DNA of 64,000 nucleotides, taken from positions 501,390-565,389 of the forward strand of contig LSRY02000056.1 of the NCBI GenBank assembly GCA_001643675.2. The letters are read 5' to 3'. The notes under the pieces are model-generated. The model worked only from the letters and a program-made list of their open reading frames with translations, did not search any database and was not told where the DNA came from. The position numbers and the translations under genes were made by a program. Shown one piece after another: positions 1 to 11,990 of this stretch (the first letter of the stretch is position 1; each line of letters starts with the position of its first letter). The stretch comes from Monocercomonoides exilis PA203. Taxonomy: Eukaryota; Protista; Preaxostyla.

Positions 1-94
1 CACTTATCTGTGTTCGTTTCGAATATTCAAGATAATACTATGAAACCGAAATTTTTGTTGGTAAAAATATGATTTGGGGCAGAATTCTTTCATT

Positions 95-386
95 TATGAA
101 AAAAACAGCAATTTGTTCCAAACTTTTTCCACAATCTTATCATGATAAGTCTTTCATTCTCGTGTCAAAAAAACTTTAAAAAAATTTTTCAAAATTAAGA
201 AATTAATAAAATGTGCTGAATGGAACGAAATTCATTAGGCAAAAAATTTCGTCCCATTTCTAAAATGATCACCCATATTGAAAATATTTCTTTGATCCAA
301 AAAATGTGATGGAGAAATTTGACACATATTTTGTAAGAATTCATGGAAAAATTGCAAGAATTTAACGAATCTGTAAGTTTTTCATC
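95..386. repeat. decayed long palindrome (foldback element remnant)
   Basis: Inner arms aatggaacgaaatt (219-232) and aatttcgtcccatt (245-258) are 13/14 complementary. Outer blocks (gtgtcaaa/tttgacac, tttttcca/tggaaaaa, atgaaaaa..acag/ctgt..tttttcat) are roughly symmetric about ~240. Confidence 0.5.
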
Positions 387-398
387 TGCAACTTTTCG

Positions 399-437
<39 letters not shown>

Positions 438-450
438 AAAAAAAAAAAAA
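399..450. repeat. poly(A) tract (~52 nt, one interruption)
   Basis: Directly visible homopolymer. Confidence 0.95.
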
Positions 451-869
451 CACGCCAATGTCTTGAAAACATCATTTGGGTGATTTTTTTTGATATCATA
501 AAAAATTCCGACGTTTGATCAAAAAATTTTTTCATTAAGGGTTGGGTTGAAAAGGAAAATTTAATTCGAAATTACATTAAAATAAAGTTTTATATATTAT
601 TGTTATTAGTTATTTGTTGCTTTTAATTTGATTTTAATTATTTTTATAACAAATTTTGAAAAAAAAAACATAAAAAAGCATTTGATAATTTCGAAAATTC
701 AATAAACAGAATAACACTTAAGTTTACTGGTTTGAAAAACATGACAACAATGATCACAATAACGATATAAATCAATTTCTTACGCAAATATTTGTTATTT
801 GAGTTATTGCAAAGAAATTGAATAAATTATTAAGAAGATCTATAAACATTTGTTTTTTACAAATAAATT

Positions 870-1800
870 ATAACGGTTTTAACAACTCATTCACCTTCAT
901 CCTTTCCAGATGTTATTTTCCCACCAAATGCATCGATTTTCCTTCCTTCTGAAAACAAAATATTCTTGCTTTCCGCTCAATTCCTTCTTTCTCAATTCAA
1001 GGCGCTCTGTATTTCTTCAAAGAATATCATCTCCAATTTCCTTCCCAATCCCTTCATCCTGGGCACTTTCCATATGTATTCGCTCTCCCAACTCGGTGGT
1101 CAGCCTACACAACGAGATATCCCGCTTTTATTCATTTTCATTCATTTCCGCTTTTTTCCCTGAAAGAAACACAAAAACAGTCAACAGACAAAATTTCAGA
1201 TATACATATATATATATTAATACCAAACTGCCCTGCGACTGTTTTTTGCCAAACAGCTTCATTTCCACAGCCATCATCATTACAAAAATCAATCTCATCG
1301 TTTCAGCCTCAGAATGGTCAAAATGCAACAAAGAATACATCTCTTCAAAAAGCATTGTATATCTACTGGAGGGTCTTTTCAGCCCGTACACATTGTGGTG
1401 GATGTGCAGAGGTGTTTTTTCTTTTCGGCCATGATCATCTCCTTTAATAATATTCTCAAACACCAAAAGAAGTATTTGATGTTAATCTCATCAACACCAG
1501 GCACAGGAGATATATGGGGCAGAGAAGAGATAGAAGAGGATTATTTGTGGGAGAGGGTGAGAGTTGAGTGTTTTTTTGAATGTTTATATTTCAAGAGGGG
1601 CTTTTGAAAGGAAGAAATTCTGAGACAGAGGAATGTGGAAGAGCAAGTGGAGATTTGGAGAAAATAATAAAGTTTAAATATAGAGAGAAAGTTGGGGATG
1701 ATGAAGAAGGACTTATTGATGATTGGAGAAATGTATTTTGAAAAGAAAGAAAAGAGGGCAAAAGCGGGAAAGAAGAGGAATATAATGAAGTGTTCAATTG
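870..1800 (-). pseudogene. decayed protein-coding fragment of unknown family with a remnant intron
   Basis: Coding-like composition with broken ORFs (1128-1466 and neighbours). A GT..TTTCAG intron-like segment lies at about 1160-1222 on the minus strand. Multiple stops. Confidence 0.3.
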
Positions 1801-2195
1801 GAAGAGGGGTATTTTTTATGAGTGGAGAAGTATGTTTTATGGAAGAGAATGGGAAAGATGAAGAAAATGAATGGATTGATATTTTCTGATGATTTTGTTA
1901 GCTGAATGGAAGAGGAAAAATGGAAATGAAAAGAAAATTGAGAGATATTTTCATTTTCTATTTTTGAGGGGAAAGGAGAGGGCATTTCAAAAAGAAAGTG
2001 AATTGACTTTGGAAAAGAACAGCTTTATTGATTTCCACAATCTGTTCGTAACTTGTTTTGTGATTATGTTATTCTTATCAAAGAGAAGTTCACTCATTGA
2101 ATTCGATATTTGGTCCAATCAATGATTTCAAACAAATAGTTCTCAACATCGTACATGTCGTTCGTCTGATTTCGCATTTCTCAACCATTTCCTCT

Positions 2196-2545
2196 ACTTC
2201 TTCTTCTTCTTCCTCTTCTTCCTCTTCTTCCTCATCTTCCTCATCTTCTTCTTCTTCCTCTTCTTCTTCCTCTTCTTCTTCTTCTTCTTCCTTCTCCTCC
2301 TCGTAATTTCTTTCATCATCTCCTTCTTTACCTTATCCAAATTCTTTAATTTCTTTGTCTTCATCTTTTTGTTCTTCTTCTCCTCCTTCTTCTTCGTCTT
2401 CGTCTTTATCATCTAACTCATCATCGTCAATATCAAAACAAGCAAAACAATCTTCTTCTTCTTCTTCAACATCTTCTTCACCTTATTTCTCATCTTCCTC
2501 ATCATTTCCTTCTTCTTCACCTTCTCCAAATTCTTCACCTTCTTG
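2196..2545. repeat. (TCT/TCC)n trinucleotide low-complexity tract
   Basis: Directly visible. Reads as poly-Ser on plus or poly-Glu/Lys on minus. Confidence 0.9.
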
Positions 2546-2599
2546 ACCTTCTTTTTTGGTTCCTCTTTTCACTTTGTGTTGCATCACATTCAACCTTCA

Positions 2600-4454
2600 G
2601 ATGTTTGTAAGCTGTTCGACCAGCATCACGAGTTTGCCTTCCAAAAAGAATCTCAATAACTATTCTTCCTCTCAACAGTATCTTCGTCGCTGTATATGCC
2701 TTCTGTGAGATAACGAAATGTGCTTTTGAACTATTTTCTTCTTCCGAAGAGGAACATTCAGCTCTGCTTCAGCGATTCGAATAGCATCAATTCGCAAGCT
2801 GTGCAGAATGAGATGAAAGGAGTCAATGGACATCGAATGAGAAATTGCAGTGGGAGATGGAAGGAGCTTCAAGGTACATTGCGTTCATCCGCTCGCTTTA
2901 TGACACCGCCAAGAAGCGAAGAGAAAGGAGAGTGCGAGCTCAAATGGAAGAAGCAAAGAAGGTGGATATCAGAAGCAAATTGAGAACAGAGCAGAGGAAA
3001 GGAAGAAAGCAGGAAGAGCCAAAAGCGAAGAAGAAGACGAACGAGAAAGACGAGTTTTGCCCATAACAAGTTGACGCTTTCGACACAAGGTTTGCACAGG
3101 CAGCAACGGAAAGAAATAAAAGGAGATGTTATTGAAGATGAATAACAGAAAATTTTCTCGTTCAAGAGCACACTCAATGAATCACAGCCTCCTCAACATT
3201 TGCAACTCCTTCTTTTTTCTTTTTTCTTCCTCTTCTTCTTCTTCCTCCTCTTCTTTCTCCTCCTCCTCTTCTTCTTCTTCTTCCAATCAACCAAATGAAA
3301 TTCCAGCTGTTTTTCAGTATTGAACCGTAGACAAACAGAAAAGAATAGTCGAAATGGCAATTTTGTGGGGGAAAAGAGAAAAAGAAAAAGAGGAAAAGAA
3401 GAGAAAAGAAGAAGAAAGAAAAAATGTGTTAAGAAACGATAAATCGGAAGAATTAGAAGAAAGAAAGAGAATATGAGACGAAGAAGAAATAATAAAATGG
3501 ATAGAGAAGAAGAAGGAGAAGGAGAAGAGAGAGAATGAAAAAGAGAAGGAGAGGAAGAATAAGGAGAGTAAGGATTTGGTAGTGAAAAAAGGAAAAGAAG
3601 GAGAAAAAGGAGGAAAGGGAAGAAAGGGAATGAAAACAAGAAGAAGAAGAAAGAAGAAAAGAAGAAGAAAATACAGATGGAGACTATCAAGATGAACTTT
3701 CTCTTTTGAAGCTAACTTCTCTTTTCACTCAGCGAAGACTGAAAGAAATCGAAGAGAAGAAGCAATTGACAAAAATGCTGGCTTTGAGAAAAGAAGAAGA
3801 AGATGATGATGATGTTGGGTTTAATTTTGCTGGCAAAAATAATTCGAAAAAACAAGGCGAAACGGGGAATTTATAAGGAGAAAATAAAAATAAAAATAAA
3901 AATGATGAAAAGAAAGACAAAAAGAAAGAATACCAAAAAAAGAAGCGGGAAATCCAAAATAAAAAAGAAATTTCACCTTCGCCGCTAATTCTCCGGTTGT
4001 ATTTTCACGATATAAACACGCAAGCGGAATGTTTAGCAGCAGAAGAAGCGAAAAAGACGAAGGAAAACGAGAAAGAATTGACATTTCATCCGATTATTTA
4101 CAAAGAGACAGATTGGATTGTTAGAGAGAAGAAAAAAAAACGAAAAAAAGAAAAAAAATATATAGAAAAAATAGAAAAAAGAAAACATTAAAACTTTATC
4201 TTCTAAGCCAACACACCATCAACCAATCTTTTCAAATCTTCTGGGAACAAATAAGGCATTCCGTCTTTTGTTATTCTCTTCTTCCAAAACAAAAAGAAGT
4301 TGATTTCTTCATTGGACTTGTTGTGAATGGAGCTGATTGAAGAGATGGATTTGGTGGGAGGATAAAGAAGAAGAAGAAGAAGAAGAAGAAGAGGAAGAAA
4401 AAGAAAAAGAAGAAGAGGAAGTGGAAGTGGAAGTGGAAGTGGAAGAAAAAGAAA

Positions 4455-4485
<31 letters not shown>

Positions 4486-5260
4486 GAGGAAGCAAAAGCA
4501 GAACTTCTCTTTAAAGTGAGTGTTTCGCTTCTGAGCAATCCAGCCTCTTTTCGTGTTTTTGAAGGGGACTGTTTGGAAGAGGATGTGAAACAGTTTTGCG
4601 AGAGGTATTTTTTGAGTGAAGAGAAAGAGAGGAGGATAAAATAGGTGGTGGAGAACGCATTGGAAGGGAGAGAGAGAGGGAAGAGAAGAAGGAAGAGAAG
4701 AAGGAACAATGGAAGAAAGAGAAAGAGAAAAGAAAGAAAACTGTGCTGTGAGAGACAAGCATTCTAATCAATCACTTCATCCTTCTTCTTCATCATCGTC
4801 ATCGTCGTCATTTTCTTCTTCTTCTTCTCATTCTTCTTCATTTTTTTATTTTTATTTTTATTTTAATTTCTTCTTCTTCTTCTTCTTCTTCCTCCTCCTC
4901 GAATTATGGATCAACCTCCTCTTCTTCCTCCTCCTCCTTTGCTCACCTCATCGCTGACACAGCGGCCAATGAACTGAGTGTGAAGACAAATTTATTTCAA
5001 AAAAAAATTAACAAGCAATTGGAGTCATCAAGGAACACAACGAGAAGAGTGACACAGAAAGTGCTGGAGAGAAATCAAACAACTTCAGAGACATTTTCAA
5101 AAAGAGAATTTTTAAGAGGCAGAGTAGAAATGCAACGAAGATGAGAGAGGATGGAGAAGGAATAGGGAAGGACAAGTGATGAGAAGAATAAAGAGAGAAA
5201 AGAGAGTTCGAATCAGCTTTATTCATTGATTATTGATTTTCTCGTATTTCATTCAACGTT
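2600..5260 (+). pseudogene. decayed charged coiled-coil gene with a TFxP-type motif
   Basis: Fragments such as RSLYDTAKKRRERRVRAQMEEAKK and EEAKKTKENEKELTFHPIIY, with Glu/Lys tracts and many stops and frameshifts. Confidence 0.35.
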
Positions 5261-5818
5261 TGATGAAGCAACTGAATCGAAAAGAAAGGACTGATATATT
5301 GTAATGATATTTCCGTCGAAGAAATAGATAAAGTCAAGAAAACAAATTGGTTTTAAAAGTTTGAAGTTAAATAATACTTTATTGAAGCAAATTTATAGCA
5401 AACTATTTCAATTGTATTTTTCAAAGTATTTTTTATTTATTAGGATAGTTTAGTGAGTTGAGAAACTTGACATTTTCCTTTTGCAGTTTTATTTTTATTA
5501 TACACATTTTTTTTTTTTGATCTTGATCAATAAGAACTTATTAATTTTAAAAAAGGTATGACATATTGTATTCATGAATAAAACAAACATATAAAATAAT
5601 TTGAAAGCTAAATGCTGAAGAAAAATCAATTTGATTTTTTGATCAGTAAAACCACCATAGATATTATTTTTTCGATTTTTGATCTTTTTTTATGATGTCA
5701 AAAAAAATCACCCATTTCTATAAATATTCAATTTAATTTATTACGAAGAATAAGTTGAATGAATATGAGTAATTGGTTCTCAGATATTGAATAAATTGCT
5801 TGTAATATTTGAAAAATA

Positions 5819-6214
5819 CGGTTAGTGCAAAAAATATAGTGACATCGCAAAAAATACGGGATAAGATCGATTTCACAATAACCGCAAAAGGAAAAATTCT
5901 GTAAATTTTCCTCGAAATATATCTCATCAATACAACCTCAATTGATAAACAAAACCTTCAAAACAGCTTCATTTGTGCTCAGAGAAAATTATTTTTTATA
6001 TCTCAGAGAAATCGGATTTTGAGTTTATCCGAGATTTTAAAAATAATTTTTACTGAGCACAAATGAAGCTGTCCCGAAAGTCCCGTGTATCAATTGAGTT
6101 TGTATTGATGAGATATATTTTGAGGAAAATTGTCAGTATTATTCCTCTTGCGGTTTTGAGAAATCGATCTTGTCCAAAATTTTGTGCGATGTCCGGTATT
6201 TTTTTCACTAACTG
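5819..6214. mobile_element. foldback MITE of Tc1/mariner/pogo type, 396 bp, TA target-site duplication
   Basis: TA|cggttagtg ... cactaactg|TA. The arms of ~190 bp are complementary along their whole length (e.g. acagcttcatttgtgctcag / ctgagcacaaatgaagctgt is 20/20), with a loop of ~12 nt near 6012-6023. Confidence 0.85.
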
Positions 6215-6434
6215 TAAATGGCGTGCTAAGATTATTCAAAAAAAGTGATGAAAAAATTGAAAACAAAAATTGCACATACAGGGTCTCTTTTTTGTTTGAT
6301 CCTATTTTTTTTTAAAATTGGGGATAAATATCAGTCACTCACAATTCATGTTAATTGTTAAATGTTAGCAACAATGATTCTTAAATTATTATGGTTGCTT
6401 CGGTTAAACATATTTGTCTATCTTTATACTGGAA

Positions 6435-7841
6435 ATGCCTTCAACATTACCGACTTTTTCTATATCTTCATTTGAAACAACATTAACAGGATTCATTCCA
6501 AAACTAGACCTCCACTTCATTTCATCCTTCTTGTCTCGAAAACCTTCAAAAACAAAATTTTCATTAATTCGTTCATTCTTCGACGCATGCAAAATAAGAA
6601 AAGCAAAAATACCTTCAAACGTGCGTATTGCAAAGGCATTCAACTGCACACCGAGCCTTGTCTGCCAGATTCGAACTGGATATATAAGAAAAAAGGTGAT
6701 TGAGAAAAAGAACATGTTGATGACTCGAAAGCAAGAAAAACGAGTCATGGAAATACTGAAAAATTTGAGAGATAAAAGAAAGCAAATCACGCCGAAAACG
6801 CTAAGAGCCGTTGTTGCGAAAGTTTGTCATAAAACGCCTTCTCACAATTTTCATTCTTCATTCATAAAAAGGCATAGCGAGGAATTGATGATTGTTCCAT
6901 CAAGCGTGAGAGACGAAAAAAGAATGAAAATTTCGGAACAAAGTCTTATAACCTGGAAAAATTACTTGACTCAATATGTGAATGGAAAATATTCTTCAAT
7001 GATCTTTTGTGCTGATGAATCAGGTTATCATGCGCATGAAGATGCAAGAAAGGTGAACTTAATCGTTGGAACAAATGAAAATCTTGAAATGAATCACACG
7101 CCTGTTGACAGAGGAGAGAAAAGGATTTCATTGCTCCACTGCATTTCACTTGATGGAACTTTTGTTCCTCCTTGTTTTCTTGTACAAAAATCATTCAACA
7201 TTAGATCCCTTCAATCTTTTGGCTATCAAATCGGAATTCATGGTTGTGTGAAAATCGGAAATTCGTCAAATTTCACAAAAGAGTTGTTTGAAAACTGGAT
7301 TGAGAAAGTTTTCATTCCTCATGTCAACATTAAAAGAATGATTTTGCCAGATATACATGCACAAGCGGTGTTGATGCTTGATGGCTGCAGAATACACCTG
7401 TCGGACAACGTATTGACTCGACTTGCTAATGAAAATATATTGCTTTTGGTTTTTCCTCCAAATACCACACATTTGTTGCAGTCATTGGATTTGTCAATTT
7501 TCTCTCTCTGGAAGCTTCAAATTCAACAGGTTAGGTCGGGTTCAACGCACGACAGCGTGGAACAACTTTTGTGGGTTGCAGTGAATGCTATTCTGCAAGT
7601 TTCTTCGTCGATTAACATTTTTTCTGCTTTTAAAGAAAGTGGACTTGTGAATGATTTTCACAGAGCTCCTTCAACAGCGCAGATCTTCGAAGAAAGCTTC
7701 CAAAAAGTGATTGAAATTGTCAAATTGGACAACAAGTCATTGCCACTGTCATGCACAAGACAAACAAGACAAACAAAAGGAGGAGAGTGGGGAATAATGA
7801 ACATTGACAAGATGCCAGTTTATTTTGGACTTCCGCAATAA
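6435..7841 (+). CDS. pogo/Tigger-like DDE superfamily transposase (DD35D), intact ORF
   Basis: Motifs IFCADESG, VLMLDGCRIH and FPPNTTHLLQSLDLSIF, with 35 residues between D2 and D3. N-terminal HTH-like regions (IAKAFNCTPSLVCQI; FHSSFIKRH). First ATG at 6435. Confidence 0.92.
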   Translation: MPSTLPTFSISSFETTLTGFIPKLDLHFISSFLSRKPSKTKFSLIRSFFDACKIRKAKIPSNVRIAKAFNCTPSLVCQIRTGYIRKKVIEKKNMLMTRKQEKRVMEILKNLRDKRKQITPKTLRAVVAKVCHKTPSHNFHSSFIKRHSEELMIVPSSVRDEKRMKISEQSLITWKNYLTQYVNGKYSSMIFCADESGYHAHEDARKVNLIVGTNENLEMNHTPVDRGEKRISLLHCISLDGTFVPPCFLVQKSFNIRSLQSFGYQIGIHGCVKIGNSSNFTKELFENWIEKVFIPHVNIKRMILPDIHAQAVLMLDGCRIHLSDNVLTRLANENILLLVFPPNTTHLLQSLDLSIFSLWKLQIQQVRSGSTHDSVEQLLWVAVNAILQVSSSINIFSAFKESGLVNDFHRAPSTAQIFEESFQKVIEIVKLDNKSLPLSCTRQTRQTKGGEWGIMNIDKMPVYFGLPQ

Positions 7842-8104
7842 ACAACACTTGGTGAACAATTGATATGTTTTAGAGTTTTTTTCATTCAAATTTCATGGAG
7901 CATTTCAAAAAAAAACATGATAAAATAAACGAAATATTCATCAAATCTTTGTTTTTTTTAATTTCAATAATACAAAAAGAATTAACAATTAACAAGAACA
8001 GTGAATATCTGATGTCCTTTCAAGCATTTTATGCACGACATATTGATAAAATTTTTATTGCATATTTGCACGGAGTTCACAAAGTTGCACAAAATAATTT
8101 GTAT

Positions 8105-8231
8105 TTTTCGAGTGGCTCATTCTTCGTTCAAATGTTGTTGAACATTAAAAAAATTTGATCATTTCCCACAAAAAGTCAAAAATTTGATTTTTTTCAAAAT
8201 ACGATGAAAAATAAAAAATCCACTCTTGAAA
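8105..8231. repeat. decayed palindrome downstream of the transposase
   Basis: gagtgg(8110)/ccactc(8220), ttcttcgt(8120)/acgatgaa(8201) and aaatttga/tcaaaaattt are symmetric about ~8166. Confidence 0.4.
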
Positions 8232-8719
8232 TGTATTTTTATGCTTTTGATTATCACAAAAAAGATTCAAAAAGTTTAGAAATTTTAAAATGATACCAAA
8301 ATGAATAATTAGTGGGCAATAATCTCTCAAAGAATATTATCTAATAGCCTACGTACCAATAGGGAAAACAAAATGATGGAATGCACAACAAGATAAAAGT
8401 CAATTTTTATTAAAATGAGCAGTGAGCGCAATAGCAGCATTATACGCTTCGGAGATTGATTTATTCGTTTTATAATCATTTGATTCATGTGGTGTTAGCA
8501 CTGAACGGTAATTCCTTTATTATCATAGTCAGTATCTAATAATTATTATTCTTCTTATTGAATTTTTTTTAGAAGAAACCGTTCAATTCATTTCACGACA
8601 CCCAGAAATAGCGAGCTTTCAAAATTGGTTGGCCTTTCGTATCCAAATTTGGATATGAAGATTGAACTTCAGATGAAGCTGCAATTTAATGCGAATTCCT
8701 TTTAAAAAAAACTTTGCAG

Positions 8720-11100
8720 TCTTCGGCATTTGTCAGTCTTCTCCTCTCTTTGAATTTTCGTCCTCATCATTTTCTACAATTGGAGCAGCACACCTATCTG
8801 CTTCGCCATTCTGGTGGAGGAGAAACGAAGAGAAGAAAGCAACAGGGGATTAGCAGTTATCTTCAGTATTTTCATCAGCACCTACAATTGACCCTTCAGA
8901 CGCCTCGGATGCGGCGATATCATACACTTTGACTGCAGTGATGAACAACATCGAGAGGCGGCTGGGGAGTTTGTAAATCATAAGAATTCGTTTCTGAAGG
9001 AGCTACAGGCCCTTCAAGGAATATGTTGTGGTGCTAAGGGCGGTGCTGCATGGGAGTGGTGTGTGCCTCCTATGAGGCTCTTTTGGTGATTCTTTCGGTT
9101 CCGCTGGTGGGGCCGCTTCCGTCGCTTGCCACATCGAAGGTGATCACGAAGTCGGGGAGCAAGCGGATCTTTGCAGCGGCAGATGTGAATGCGCTCCCGT
9201 CGATCTTCGATCTGTTTGACCCGTCGCTGCAGATATAGCGATTGTCTCAGTTAAAATAGTTGGTGGTGAAGCTGGATGACGAAATGATGTGGTGAGGGGT
9301 TGCAGTGTGTGAAGTCTGGGAGATTGTGGAAAAAGGGCTGTCGACAGCGGGGGTGAGGAAGGAGGATGTTGTTCTGTCTCATGCAGCGATTGCGCGGCGG
9401 TTCTGGAGGAGCGCGAAAAGGCAGAGGAAGGAGGAGGAAATGAAGTGAAAGGTGGGTATCCGGCAGCGCACAGAGAGTTTGTGGAGAGAATCAAAGAGAA
9501 CCAGGGGAAGCTAGAAGAAGCGATGGCTCTGCTGGTTGTGGAGGCGCTTGGGCTGAGTGGGCTGAGGTTTGTGAAGGTGGGGGCAGAAGCAGACGATCAG
9601 CATTCAATAGAAAGTGAATTGTGCAGTTCTTCTCCATCTGATGACATTCAACAGGAGAACAGGAGAGCAGAGGAAGAAGAAGCAGATAGGACTTTTTCTA
9701 ATAACTTCAGATAGAAATTCATATGGAGCGGGGAAAGATATAGAACAGGTGCAAATGTTTACGAATGGTTTGGTGATGAATGAGGAACAAGGGGGAAATG
9801 GCAGCTCGATTTCCTTAGAAAAGAAGGAAGGGCAGATTCTGGATGTTGAATTGCTGCATTTGAGGTTTTTGAGGATTGTAAACGAGAGTGGGTATGTGGC
9901 TGGCGGTACTTTCAGGTGACGATGACGGTGACGGGGGCGCTGGTGGAGCTGTGTGCGGAGCGGGAGCGGATTGTGGGGAAGCCGGTTGTGGAAGGGATGA
10001 TACAGCCGGACGGGACGATGAGCATCACGTTTATTGGGGAGAGGCTGCTTTAGAGGAGAGAGAAGAGAAGGGAAAGAGGTGGAAGTGGGTGTTTGATATC
10101 AGATGGAAAATTATTGTATTTTTATACGGACAGGCAGAGAGACGATGGACGAGTTTGTTGCGATTGGGACTGTTGTGCCTCAGGAAAGTGATAAATTGAT
10201 AGCGCTGCGGGATGCGACGTATGCGATCGGGCAAGTGTGCCACGGGAAAGGGATGATTGGTGTGTTTTGTGTTTCGTATTGTGTTTGCGGACGAGTGGGA
10301 GTCACTGCGGATGTGTGCGATGGATCTTTCGGTGGGTCCGCTGGCAGCATCGTCGGCGTTCAGGTGGATGTCGTATCTGCTGCATGGGGGCATCGAGACC
10401 GCGTCTGGAAACTACCTCCTTCCGTGCAGCACAGCACAGCAATTTGCATGCGCCCGCGTTCTCTCTTCTGATTCTGTGCATTATGCATCTGCTCGGCCTC
10501 AGGGCTCTTCGAGCGGAGCACACAGATCTGCCTCTCCGCGCCAGGTGGCAGGTGTGCAGAGAGTGTCTCCTCTGCCGGCATCAGGCTCAGTTCTTGCCTC
10601 TGCACAGGCGTGTGCCTGTCTCTCTCCGGCTGCGGCACGATGCTTTGTGATTGTGCAGCCGTTCTACCAGCCGGAGCTGTCTCTTGTGCCGCACGGGCAG
10701 TTCTTTTAGAACTGCCGTGAGCACAACATCACGTTTGACTTTGAGGGGAATTGCGGTGTTCTGTTCCAACTGGCCGGGCATCTCATTGCGGGGGTTGTGG
10801 AGTTTGTTGCGTGCGAGCGGTCGGAGGAGCTTGCAGCGCGGGCAGCAGCGCAAGCACTGGAGACGGTTGCTGTGCAGATGCTGCACTGTGCGTTTGTTTC
10901 TGCGCTGAGCTGGGAAGAGAAGAAAAGGATGGAAAAGAGAATGCATGGAGAGAATGCGGCTGTGGCAAGAGGGATGGCGCTGGGGAGGCTAGCTGGGCTT
11001 GGGGGTGGGATTGTGAAAAGCGCGCGAGAGAAAGGAGACTCTGCAAAAGTTGGCTTTAATAACCGGTCGCGCATTGGCGCTGCAGTTCCTCTGAAAGATT
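8720..11100 (+). pseudogene. IQCH: IQCH-like (IQ motif containing H, ATP-grasp-like region) unprocessed pseudogene
   Basis: Collinear IQCH-like blocks across frames: LSVPLVGPLP..TKSGSKRIFAAADV; WRYFQVTMTVTGALVE; GKPVVEGMIQPDGTMSIT; AIGQVCHGKGMIG; LRMCAMDL; QPELSLVPHGQFF*NCREHNITFD. Has in-frame stops and frameshifts, and a remnant intron at about 10029-10133. Confidence 0.75.
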
Positions 11101-11334
11101 CAGTTAGGTCAGCTTCAAGTTTGCTTTATTTTCTATCTGTCTTTCTATCTTTCATTCTTTCTTTTTCGATTCATTTACGGATTTTTTTTTTTTTTGAATA
11201 ATTGTTTTGATTCTGTTTATGTTTTATTTTTCAATCGAAATATCAATTAAAGGAATTCAAATTATATTTTTTATTTAGCAAATATATTAATGAATCAGAA
11301 AGAGATGCATGTACATGGAGCATAAGAAGTTGAA

Positions 11335-11990
11335 ATGAGCGAGGATGCAGTTGAATGCAAAAGTCAAAATGGAACAGTGGCATTGGAAGGCAACGAATTC
11401 AATGAGTGCTTGTGTGGCGATAGCTCGGAGAGAATAGTTTGTGACTTCTTGAAGAAAACTTTTCTTTGGATGGCCTTTGAAAGGATTGTGGATGCAGACA
11501 AAAAAGCACAGAGCAGTATCAATCTGAGGAACTGGGAATCTCTGAAGCTGTGCGGAAAGGAAAGAAAAAAGGAATATTACCGTAATTCATCAATGCCGGA
11601 GACAAATTGGCAATGTGCCATGATGTCCAATGGTTCGGATGGAATTTTGCTTTTTTTTCTGGATGCGTCAAGGATTATGCGCCAGTCGTTTTTAAGTTCT
11701 TGCAGCTGAATTTCTCGATTTTTGGTGCGGTTCAGAGAATCTTTCTGGAGACAGCTGCTAGTATTTGGCATGTTGCATTAGTACAGATATTGGAGAGGAA
11801 GGCAGAAGTGATGAAAATATTGTTGAAGTGCATGAAAGTTTTCATTTGCAGCATCGTACTGGATTTGGACATCCAACAGAAGGTCAGCCTGGAGTTGGAC
11901 AAGCCTGCTGCGGGGTTGGTAGAAATAGCGTTTTAATGGGTATCAGTCAGGCTGGGTACGATATAGGGCGTTCAGTTGAAGTGTGAATTC
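11335..11990 (-). pseudogene. decayed coding remnant, family unknown
   Basis: A minus-strand frame reads KRYFYQPRSRLVQLQADLLLDVQIQYD...IQLQELKNDWRIILD with stops. GC content is higher than in the flanks. Confidence 0.25.

Larger units (their letters stand above)
478..5713. mobile_element. candidate non-autonomous TIR element (28-bp inverted repeats, 4-bp ATTT direct repeat) enclosing decayed gene fragments
   Basis: gggtgattttttttgatatcataaaaaa (478-505) matches the reverse complement of 5686-5713 at 27/28 positions. ATTT lies immediately outside both ends (474-477 and 5714-5717). Confidence 0.4.

Noticed and set aside
6276-6290. TACAGGGT resembling a mariner TIR start upstream of the transposase
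   Set aside because: No complementary ACCCTGTA was found downstream of the ORF.
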